A DNA stretch of 64,000 nucleotides from Trichosphaerium sp. ATCC 40318 (taxonomy: Eukaryota > Protista > Tubulinea), in assembly GCA_038496445.1 (NCBI GenBank), contig JALMLS010000310.1, positions 310,001 through 374,000 on the forward strand, given 5' to 3'. Shown piece after piece: positions 25,064 to 36,367 of the stretch (positions are counted from its first letter, which is position 1; each line of letters starts with the position of its first letter). The position numbers and the translations under genes are program-made. The notes beneath the pieces are model-generated. The model saw nothing but the letters and a program-made list of their open reading frames with translations, did not search any database and had not been told where the DNA came from.

Positions 25064-26882
25064 ATGAGCGCTAAAAGGATGAGTAGTGGTTCTTTTAACG
25101 ACGCAATGACTTCAGACCTATTACGTTTACCAATAGAGATTATTGATCATTGTACTAGTTGGTTAGCGCCACATCATGTCATTTCTCTTACTACTTGCTG
25201 TAAAACACTTATGCTGCTATACCACAATGTTGTACGTTACCTTTTTGACAATTTAAATATAGTGGTCAGCTAAGAAATGGTCAGCTAAGAAATAGCGAAA
25301 TCAGAATATTTTGCGATTTTTTTGCTTTCAAGGCAGAAAGTTAACTCCAATTCGCAGATTACCTGGAAAAAAATTGCTAGGCGGTATTTTGTTACTGAAG
25401 GCCTCGATAAGGTTGGTTTGAACTCTGAACAAGCACGGAGGATGGTTAGAAGGATAGAGTATCGTCATTGCGACCAGCATGTCTTATACATAATAGCATC
25501 AGTCAAGACTTCACCTACTGTTCTTGGTAACTGAAACCCGTTGGCACAACGATTACCTAACACTACTAGATTTCATTTTTAAGACACTTGAACCTATGAC
25601 GTGGAAGAGAGTGATAATGGTTAAAAACGGGCCTGCACAAGTTGCTAGTAGTAAAAATGCAAAGAGTAGAGAAGATATCATTTCAGACGCAAAGAAAATA
25701 AGTCCTGATATATCAACTCTGTTACTTGACATTAACACTGATGATAGCAATGAAGACAAGTATACCATGAAAGTGTCTCTACTCCATGAGGTTAGACGAT
25801 GCCAATCTTGGTTTTTTCTTTTTTTTTTGGCTAGAGTATTGCTAACTTCCTGTTTAGGCACTCGCTCATGTATCACGTGACAAAATTCTTATGCCTAACT
25901 ACTGGTGTTTACACGCCGAAATGAAGCTCAAAATTGACGAAAAAGACTACAACCCAGACGAGGATCACATTAACATTTTTTCAGAAAATTCGGAATATCT
26001 TGGAGAATGTCGGATGATAGACGGACAAAAGATTCTTGGTTTGGTGGTTTCCACGACAAGTTTATCTCAGAACTTGGAAGGCGTGCAGCTTTAGAATTAG
26101 GAAGTTCAGGTCCATTTCTTTTTAAAGCCATATTAACTTATTTTGACTATTAGAGAATTTGTTGCACGAACGTATCTCTATTGGAATGAGTGAACAAGAC
26201 TTTAAGAATACAAATTTTGGGAAGAGCTGCACAGAAGGATTTACTAGCTACTTTAAACCATGTATGTCGGTACAACTTAAGGGTAATTAGCTAAATCATC
26301 TAATGTTCTAGATGTATTCTTTGGCGTATGTGGTAAATACCGTGCTGTTGTTAAAGACAAAAAGTTGATCTGTGTGAGATTCCAATGCGAATGCTACGTT
26401 GATAAAAACGTTTCACAGATGTTCATTGAAGCGATGCTTAACAAAACAAAGACTATTGCATGCTATTCTACCAATCCATGTAATCTCTTAACATAGAAAT
26501 AGATGGCATCTGTGAGAAAAAAGGAAGAAAACGAACCTACAATTGTTAAGGAATCAACGGTGCGAATTTTGGTTTCACTTGTTAAAATAGTTCTAAGCCT
26601 TAGGCATTAGGTTGTTAAAGCAATACGGGATTTTGAAGAAACCATTACAATGTTCGAGAAACGTGTTAGTATATACGGATGGAGAATGTTCAAGAATCAA
26701 CCACCTATTGCTCTAGAGAGAGCTGAATGGCCACGAGTATGTCAAACTAGTTAAAGAAATTATGAAGCTCTTTATGTTAACTCACTTACGTCCTCTAGAC
26801 TAAAGTAATGATGTGGTTACATGGAAGCAAATATGAAGGAATTTATCGACTAGTTCTCGCTTATAGCAAAGGATCAACCTAA
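25064..26882 (+). CDS. Multi-exon F-box protein with an unrecognised C-terminal region
   Basis: LLRLPIEIIDHCTSWL.....LTTCCKTL (F-box). Exons join through GT-AG introns to ...YRLVLAYSKGST*. Confidence 0.7.
25263..25292. repeat. Perfect 15-bp tandem duplication in intron 1 of the F-box gene
   Basis: TGGTCAGCTAAGAAA x2. Confidence 0.9.
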
Positions 26883-27234
26883 GAGGTTTTGGAAACAAAA
26901 TATTTCAACCAACTTACACAAGAGTTTTTGTATAAATAAGCTGGTTACGCTGTTTCACTTTACAAAAAAATTTGGAAGTAGAGTTGTGTTCAATTTCATA
27001 CTATTTAATAAACAAAACCTTGGTAGGCAACCACTTGTAAACCAAAATAAGACAAACTTGCCTAAATTGATGGAGATTGCAGGAGTATCAACAACATTAC
27101 AACCGTAATACTGCGTAGATGGTAACTTGGCCAAAAACACCTAGCACATGTGATTTTAAACTGCAGGTAAACATCGACGATAAAGTCATCACCATTCTAC
27201 CTTTGTTGTGCATCGTTCGTGTTAACGCTTGCGC

Positions 27235-27504
27235 TGACTTGCCACTCAAAGAAAAATGGGTGACATTTTGACATGATTAGCAATTTTCAACAAAAAAAAA
27301 AAGAGGTATTAAAGCTTGGCATTCCTATTCAGATTTTTGCTTCTAGAGCTTTTGGAAGCAATCAACTATGATTGTGGATTGGGAGAATGTGGAAGAGGTT
27401 ATAAAGGGACTTTTGTTGGAAAATGAAAAAAATGGTAATAATTTAGCAGTGGAATCACAAGTTTTTTTTTTAATCTTGTGATTTGGCACGTGAGTGGCAA
27501 GTCA
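27235..27504. mobile_element. Putative MITE or remnant bounded by a perfect 14-bp inverted repeat
   Basis: TGACTTGCCACTCA (27235-27248) and TGAGTGGCAAGTCA (27491-27504). No TSD is evident. Confidence 0.45.
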
Positions 27505-27712
27505 TTAAGGGAACCAGACAAAGAGAGGTAGTGAGAATTTTTATTATACAAATTCGTGGTTTTGACGACACCTTATATAGAAAATTGGGCGTCACACTGT
27601 CAAGAAGGAAAGAAACTTTTTTTCTTTCTCATTCTTTTTTTTGTTTTTTTTTTTGCCATTTTTTTCTTTTTGATTATCAGCAAAAAAAACTGTACATACA
27701 TTATAAGACAAT

Positions 27713-30380
27713 TTAAATTACAGTTGCGGCAGGGTTCTTGAAGCTAAAAGGTAGCATACTAGAAGCACCATCCACAATCTCATCAAAGATAACCTTCGCA
27801 GGAGCACGTTTGCACATACGGTATCCCTGACCCACAAAAATTGGGACCATGGATAAGTTTCCTAAAAAGAAAAAAAAGTCAGACTCGGAGATCACGTTAC
27901 GAAAAATAAAAAACTCGGTTCAAGCTTCGTTCATGGTGTAGTACGTACCTTGTTTTACAGCTTGCCGCATAGTATCAACGACAAGATTATGTTGTATAGG
28001 GAATACAGGTATCATATGTTTTTCTTTTTCAAGTAGTTTTACATAAGAATTAGCAATAGCCCGAACAGGCCGACCTGTGAAAGATCTCGTAATCAAGGTT
28101 GTTACACCTTCATCCATGACTTGCTTATAAGCAGAGCTTGTAGCACATTCATTAGACTTCATAAAGGCAGTACCCATCATAACACCTATCAAAAAAGTAA
28201 ATATCAATCTCAACGTAGAGCTCGCTAGAAACGACAAATGTACGCATTGGCGTACAAGGAAACGTTTCAAAGCCATCAAAAAAAAGTTACGAAATAAAAA
28301 AAATATTACGGCAAACGTAAAATCAACAGCGAGAGTCGTATACTCGCAGCGTTTTGTTGTTTTGGTCAGTTCTAAAAAACGTACCTTCTGCACCCAACGC
28401 CAGGCATGCTACTACTCCTCTAGCATCCATTATACCCCCGCTGGCAACAATAGGTATTGTAGTGATTGCCCTAGAGAGCTGAGGAACTAAAACAAAAGTC
28501 CCTTGTCTGTCAGTCTCTTCCAAGTTTTTTGATAAAAATACAGCGCGTTGTCCGCCCGCTTCACTTCCTAAAGTAATAGCTTAGCATTATATCAAAGCAT
28601 ATAAAGTGGTAGAGCAGCAAGAGAGAAAGAATAGGAGATATAATAGGCCGACAAGACGATATTCGTAAAAAATATGTAAAAGCCTTACCTTGTACAACAA
28701 GCATATTAACACCTGATTTCTGTAGCAGCAAAGCTTCTTCCAATGAAGTACATGTACCCATTGTTGTGATACCATTCATCTGACACTTTACAAAAAAAAA
28801 TGTAAGCTCAAGAGATCATGATTTAATACGAAAAGAAACGTTCACATTTTTATCTTTTAAAAAATCATACACAGCCATGAAACGAGTAGTTACGAGTACA
28901 TGCTAGTATGGATACGCAAATATGTACAGAAGGTTTTTTAAAAGGCGTAAAAACAAACAAAATTACGAAAAAGCGTAAAAACTGTAAACAAGTTTTAACC
29001 TCTAGACTCAAAAACTTTTTTTCACATTTTTTTTTCAAGTTTTGTTTGTGGAATTACTCTTTTTTTTTTTTGTGGTAAATTTTGTTTTGTTTTCATACCT
29101 TATAAACAACGTCAAATGTTGGTAAACCAAAAGCAAACTGAACAACAGTTACTTTTTCTTCTATACAAACATCCAAATGCTCATGATAATGAGGGAACAT
29201 TGGTGTATCATAATCGCGCTTCATCCTCTTATTAGGTCTTTCAGCAAGCGTCGCTATAAGAAAGAAACACATAAGTACACAATAATGGCAACTAAATAAA
29301 ACTAGAAGCTCGTTCACGAGCTTAAAAAAAATGTGATAACCGACAGCAAACAACAAAATTTACGTAAAAACCGGTAAAGCGTAAAAAAAGGGAGCGCGAA
29401 CCGGAGCGTTCTTGAGGGTTGTAATACGTACGTTGTGCATCCATGTAACGAACAACACCTTTACCGTTATTATCCCTACAAGCTCTTTTTGTAGGTGCAT
29501 GAGCATGACGAACATCAAAGTCATTATCATTGCCATTTGCAAGGTCAATTTTACCAAGCAATTGCTTTATATTAAAAATCTTTTCGTCCATTCCAACCAT
29601 ATCTCTTGCGTCTCTTTCATATGGTACAAGCAAATTTACACCGAATGGCTAAAACGGAGTTTAAGAACTACAGAAAAGTGCATAAGGAGAAATTGATTTT
29701 TTTTGTTGTAATTTTTTTCCGATAAAAAGGCAAAATTCTCATCTCCATACGGTGGAATTTGAATAAAAACCACTCTCATACGTTTAAAACATAGGTTTTT
29801 GTTTGTATGATGGGTTATAGTATAATACACAGACTTGGAATTGAGAATCGGATAAACACACCCAGAAAGAAAACTATACGCTAAAACCAAGTCGTACCTT
29901 CTTTGTTAACGCTTTAATTTGTCTTATATTTGATCGGAGCTCGTCAGGCGACAAAATGCCTGCTCCAAATATTCCTAATCCGCCAGCGTTTGAAACAGCG
30001 GCAACGAGCTGTGGTGTGCCCATTAGTTCATTCTACATGGTGTTAACTTTACACTCTTCGTTTTCGTTTAATCGCAGAAAAAGGGCGTTTACAATTCTAC
30101 CCACCGGCAACGCAACGCAGAGTGCGTTGACAATTGCAATCAAACGTCAATTGAACGCAGATTGTTGTGGAATACAACAACAAGTTGTTCGTAAGTTCGA
30201 GAGAGCAAATTTTACGCAATGAGTTTGTTATACCGTATTATACGGTGTTTGACGTACTGTTATTGCCTGATTCATTGGTGCTAGTATTATTGGGTATTCA
30301 ACGCCCAGTAGCTCTGAAACACGCGTCTTAGGCCATGTGCGAAGCCCGCGAGGCACATTAGCTTGTGTTGAGGTGGTCAT
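27713..30380 (-). CDS. Nitronate monooxygenase / FabK-like FMN TIM-barrel homologue (about 8 exons)
   Basis: LLGVEYPIILAPM, LVAAVSNAGGLG, PFGVNL, VVQG|SEAGGQR, PIVASGGIMDARG...LGAEG|VMMGTAF, TRSFTGRPVRAI and VGQG. Confidence 0.92.
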
Positions 30381-31131
30381 TAACAAAAATATGAGCTAAT
30401 GCGTTGTTATCCTACTTAGCATCGTATAATGCAACGCGAACTGCAATCATTTAATACGCAGTCGTAACTTAAAAAAACCGCGCTTAACGTACAAACCCGG
30501 CTGCAAGCCCCTTAAACTACGCGCTTGACGCTACTACCTTCACGAACGAGCAGTGTACGGAGTACAGTTTACGCTCGTAACCGCGTAACGGATGTCGGAA
30601 GAATTTCTGTACTAGACTCTCAATACGCTTTAAACACGCTCCTTTACATGACATATCGTATTTTCTATGCTAGATATTACGGTGTATGCTCATTCTTACA
30701 CTTCTCAACTTTTTTTATGTAAAATTGGTAAGTTTTTCCGAAAATTTACAACGGCTTTTGAACTTAGAACGGTTTTTTGTCAAGTTGTACAACCACTTGC
30801 TGGTACACATTGAAGGAGTTTCAATTAAATCAAAAAAATGCACACAAAAACGGGGAAATTAAAAAACTTTGCCCAAATCAGCTTACCATACTATCTATAA
30901 TACCGCTGTAGCTAGTTGCTCGCGTGTACGGATTTTTTCTGCAACAATGCTGCGTTTAGTCAGGGTGAGGCGTATTTGCGTTCACAACGCTGGTGCCGTT
31001 TGGGAAACAGTATATATTGCTTGCTGGCGAAAAGTTTTTGAGTTTGGTCTAAGCGAGCAAGGAGGCTGACTTAGGACTGTTTGAGGTTTTTTTCAGTTTA
31101 CACCTAAACTCTTTTGTTTTTGCTTGTAATA

Positions 31132-33539
31132 ATGTGGCAGTGGAGTGACGATGCTGGTGGGTGGAGGGATTATGATAAAGAGAGAAACAAAATTATTGAA
31201 ACGGCGTTTCAAGCGAAACAGCCTTCAGCAGCTTTAACAATCAATGGAAACGCGTATAACGTTGTTTTTCAAAAAAAGGTGCTTATGAGAGTCCTCTGGG
31301 AGGAGTTCCTATCAAACCACTTTAAAATCATGTAATTACGCCTATTTAGATACGTCAAGTCCGTGTTGATGATAGTTTTTACTACAGAGACGTTCGTCGG
31401 TTAGTAGAGCAGGTAGGAACTAGAGGAAACAAAAAATAAACGTGATTTAAATAATTAAAGGCTGTAGGGTGAGAAGACTGTTGTGTGGGTAGACGACAAC
31501 CCTCACAACAATGAAGGCCTTGTAAATGAAATTACAGCATCAGGTACTTAAAAAATTATGTTTCGCACGTGACTAACAAATTGTCCAGGTATTAAAGTAG
31601 TTCAGTTAAAATCAACTTGTGAAGCAATAAAGTACTTTCAACGCGATGATCTCAACACAGAAAATATGCGTGTTGTAAGTGATATGGCACGTGATGAGTT
31701 TAGTCCATCTTCAGACCGTAAAGAGATGATTACCACTGCTGGTGTTTTGCTTGCAAGACGTTTAGCTGTAGAACTTGACGTTGACGTATGCACTTTGTAT
31801 TTTTTTTACTCTTCGATTTACTCAGTTTTGAAAGATACCTTACTTGATTTTTACTGGTGACTACTGGCAAGATATTATTAAAGAAAGATGGCCATTCATT
31901 AGATCATGCACTACAACACAAGAATGTAGGGATTTCATTACCTTCAAAGACTTGAGCCTTAGCGGTTTAGTAACGAACTTTGAAATGTGTATGTGCTTTA
32001 AAAAAAACAATAAGAGAAGCACAACTAACACGATTTTAGACAGAGATCCAACCAGGAATGATAAAGAAGATTATCCATCATATTGGACACCATTCAGAGT
32101 AATTAAAACCGAAAACTAGCACTCCACTTTGAACTAAAAGACTTTTTTAGGAACATGCTGATGTAGTAATCGACAACGCAACTGAAGAGTTTAAGTGTAT
32201 AGATAGATTAATGAATGGAACTTTGAAGAAAAATCACGCGTATGGTGCGTACAGACGTGTGCCAAATGACTTACACCTCTACTTTTTTTGTTGATATTAA
32301 CACGTGCAACCAAAACAGGCAAGTTAAACAACACGTTTCCATCAAAATATAAAGTGACACGTGTTGTTCGTCTGCAAGATGTAATGCAATGGAAGTTATA
32401 TAATGTTCAGAGAGAGAAAATGCAAAGACAGCATAAAAAATACAGAGATACTCCAGGTACACCAACAAACATATCACCATCTGTTTAACAATTTCAAAAA
32501 AGGTTACAAAGAGACTTGCAAACTACTTCGAGATAATCCTATCGAGACATCAAAATATAGCCAACAAGATATGAATAAAGATATAAGAGAAGTATACTTA
32601 TTCCACGGAACAAATATATCAACTACAATGAAGATAAAGGACCTTGGTTTTGATAACCGCGTTGGCAAAGTATCAGGTAAAATCAACTTTTTGATGTTTT
32701 TTGGATTTCTTGGTTCGAACGCTTAGATCCAATGCTCTTTAACGCACCAGCAATATTTTAAAAACCTATATACAAGATTAAAGCATCCGCACTGTATTTC
32801 CTAAGCGTCTTTACAATAAACCACGTGACTAATGTTATTTATTAAAGGTATGTTCGGCGGAGGCGCATACTTTGCAGACGTTTCTAGTAAGGTAAGTCTA
32901 GCATTATATTAAATGATCACAAGTCAAATTAAACTAAATATACCCAACAGTCAGCACAGTATATACCTTGTTCTACTTGTGAAGGAGGCAACTACTTTAA
33001 TAAAAAAAGGTGCACTTGCACGTGCAAAGAGGATCAAAAGGTACACAAGAAAAGAAAATACTAACCACAGCTACATTCAAAGAGAGCGTGGGCTATTACG
33101 AATACTAAATGAGGTGCTAGGATTTGTGTATGATTGTTTCAAGGGTTTTACTTGGAGACTTTCATCTCGTTAAGAAGTACGATGAAAAGACATATAAAGG
33201 AACTACAAAGCATCCTGTGCGTATATTGACGTGCTTTTTAGCATCTATAAATAAAGATGACGTTCATTAACGGAAAAAAAAACTAAAGCAAGCGTTAGGT
33301 TCGTCGTCCTCCTAACAAAGAGGGTTTAAATGGTATCACGTATGACTCTGTAGTCGCTGAGAGAAAGGAATGGGACGGATGTGTTGAATGGAGGGAGTTC
33401 GTGATTTACGACAGGTGCGTCGAATTGACGTGCTTTTTTTTTTGTTTTAGCGTAATTTATAGCGTCAACGCACTCACCGAAATGCTGTAGGAACCAGGCT
33501 TACGCCGAATACCTCGTTTATTACAAACGAGTTTTGTAG
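31132..33539 (+). CDS. WWE + receiver-like + tankyrase-like PARP catalytic domain protein
   Basis: WWE: WQWSDDAGGWRDYDKERNKIIETAF. REC-like: VVWVDDNP...RVVSDM...LIFTG. PARP: EVYLFHGT, GMFGGGAYFAD.SSKS.QY, Cys-rich insert, RVLLG, YDSV, REFVIYD..QAYAEYLVYY. Confidence 0.9.
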
Positions 33540-34036
33540 CGTTTCAAATACGTCTTGAATGTTTTCTTAAAGTAGTACTAGATTCAAGGATAACAAATAT
33601 ACCATTGTTTAAACGATAAAACGTAAAGTAACGTAAATTTTGAACCTTCTTTTTTTTTTTTCTTTATTACGGTAAACTACTTTTGTCTTCATGGAAACTA
33701 CCAAACGACACATTCCTAAACTCCTAATGCCCCTAAATAATCAATTAAACATTACTACTAACAAAAAGGAGGTTGCTCAAATGAGGTTTTTCGGGTGAAA
33801 TGCGAATTCGACATGCAAACCTAAATTTAGAAACCAGGTCAAAACCACTTACAGAAATTAGATATCACAAGACCTTAGTACCAATTTTAGCCTTGTACAC
33901 ACCCTCACTCATAATATTATACCAAAAAAGCCTGTTTTGATCATAAAACAAGTTCACAAACTCACCAACCGTCGCAACAGGCTAGAATCATTTTATTTAT
34001 TGTATTAACGCGTGGATACAAACGTACTGCTTTAAA

Positions 34037-36149
34037 ATGTATCACAAGAAGATATTCAGTGGCGGTGGACGCGTTGGGCGTATAAAACACACGTCAGTAG
34101 ACGCCGAATACCACAGTGCAGACAAAATATATGCTATCAAAAGAAAGGCGAAAAGAAAGACTGTATCGGCACAAAGAAGAAAACTACCTTCATATATACT
34201 CACAGTAATAGTACAGCAAGGCGTTAACCTAATGGCAAAGGACTCAAACGGTACGGTCGGAGTGTAGTAACAATATTTCTCCATGATTTTCTTGTATTGC
34301 GTTTTTCGGGGTTTTTTGCAACCTTTACTGATTTTAAAATAGGGCTGAGTGATCCTTTTGTTAAGCTATCAGTTGGTGCTATTAAATACAAGACAGCGAT
34401 TATCAAAAAATCATTAAATCCAGTTTGGAAAACTGCTTTTTTTACATTGTGCGTACAAAATACAGACTTGCATCTTTTCCGCTACCGCTTTTTGACGCTT
34501 ATAAATTACTAATTCATTCTCTTTTAGCGAACTTGAAAAGTTAGTAGGATCTCTATGCTTTACTGTTTATGATTTTGATAACTTTTCTCGAAACGACTTT
34601 ATGGTACGTTTTTTTTTGTTGTTGTGCAATTACAATCACACGTGCTCTAATTGTTGGAGCTTTTCAAATTTATTTGTCTCCTAATATTAATAAAAAGGGA
34701 GAATATATAATCCCTTTGGAGAAAGTGAGACAATACCAAGGTGTACGTTATCTACACCTTCTTTCAAGATCAGGACAAAAAAATCAAGGATATGGTCAGC
34801 TTAAGGTAAAAATCAAGCTTGATGGTTCTGCAGATCCGGAACCTATCCCAGAGATGACCCCTAAAAGACCAACACGTAAACTGCAGCTTTTACCAAAAGC
34901 ACACATAGATGCAAAGAAGAAAAAGAAAAAAAGAAGAACCAGACCAAAAAAGAAGAAAAGTACTCCACGTGAAATGTTCAAAGCACAAACCGCAGTGAAC
35001 ATGACTGTACGATCTTCGCTAGAGTTCAAAGGTACTATATATACTACATTTTAAGTACCATGAGGCTTATGCTGGGGGTCTTAGTACTGTTTGTCGGAGA
35101 CTACGCTGTTGGGAAGTCAACTTTGTGTCAAGTTTTAAACAACGAGATAAATGCAGCTGAGCTACCAACGGCAAAGCCGACTGTTGGTCAGGATTTTTAT
35201 GTTAAAAAGTACGTGGGCAATCCTATAAATAGAAGTAACACTCTAAGACCGTTACCTAGGTATTTCGTTTACAATAAGTTTATAACCGTTCGTATCGTGG
35301 ATACAGGTATACACTTTTTTTTTTCCTTTGTTTTCGTTTTGTAGTTACTAACCTACTTCTCCTAGCTGGTCAAGAGCGATTTAAGGCAATGTGCCAACAA
35401 TTTTATAGAGGAGCACATGGCGCTGTAGTAATGTATGATATAACCCGCCTTGACTCTTTCGACAACGCCAGAAAGTACGGAAAAAACAATACAACGAGCT
35501 TTTTTTGTTGCGCTGCTTTAGGCTAACATTCCTTTCCAAAGTTGGATAACTGACGTGAGAGCTTATTCTGGAAATCCGTTGATACAAATTTTGCTAATTG
35601 GGAATAAGGTATGCAGTTTTATTGAAAGAGTGACGCGAGACTTTTAACCTTTTTTTCTTCTTATTAAGTTATTAGAGTGATATGGCAAATAAACGTCAAG
35701 TTCCTTCTGAACGTGCAAAGAGATTTGCACGTGAATGGCATATTAATTTTGTAGAAACAAGTAGTTTATCTCATGCTGCAGCAGAAATAACCTTTGATGT
35801 GGTACTGCAAGGTAGGTTTTTTAACTATTTATATCTTGTTTTCTAACTGTTTTTTTTCTGTTTAGATATTTGGTCTTTGTATAGTAAGATCGGTCTTCAC
35901 GCCTTAAATCCTCAAGAAATGCATATGGATAGGGCTGCATATGACGTATCAATGATGTCTTCGGAGGCTTTGGAGTTGTCTTTTTCAGACGATGAAGATA
36001 ACTTGCCAGCGTTCCGTGGTCCTAGCCTACCTGAGGCTCCTCCTTCTCGGTTTTGGCATCCTAGACCAGAGACTACAAACGCACTTGTTGTAAAAAATAC
36101 GCCTGAAAAAGAAGAGGAAGTTCAGTATGTCAAGTGCTGCGCAAACTAA
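34037..36149 (+). CDS. C2 domain + Rab-like small GTPase fusion with C-terminal CC prenylation motif
   Basis: C2: NLMAKDSN|GLSDPFVKL...KKSLNPVW, DFDNFSRNDFM|G. GTPase: GDYAVGKS, PTVGQDF, DT|AGQERF, GNK|SD, ETS. It ends VKCCAN*. Confidence 0.85.
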
Positions 36150-36367
36150 CTTATTTCAAAAAAAAAAAAAAAGAACTGTACACAAAAAAAGATTGTAAAT
36201 ATTAGTCTGTTCACGTTATTTAGCGGTAGCGAGTACAATGAAAATTGCGTTCTCAGTTGCATTACCATTTCCACTTCACAACCTGAAGTATTGTCACGTG
36301 ATAATGACTTATAGAACTCAAAAACTACCTTAACGAATTTTTGAGATATCGCCTGCCAAAAACCAGC

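Noticed and set aside
30525-31069. Short ORFs in the NMO/PARP divergent spacer and many other 60-100 aa ORF-track entries
   Set aside because: They have non-ATG starts, intron-like composition or antisense overlap with well-supported exons.
33041-33120. Possible micro-exon or nested intron in the PARP gene (two branch-like sites)
   Set aside because: A single 80-nt intron already gives an in-frame QK|DLCMIV junction. It cannot be resolved without RNA data.
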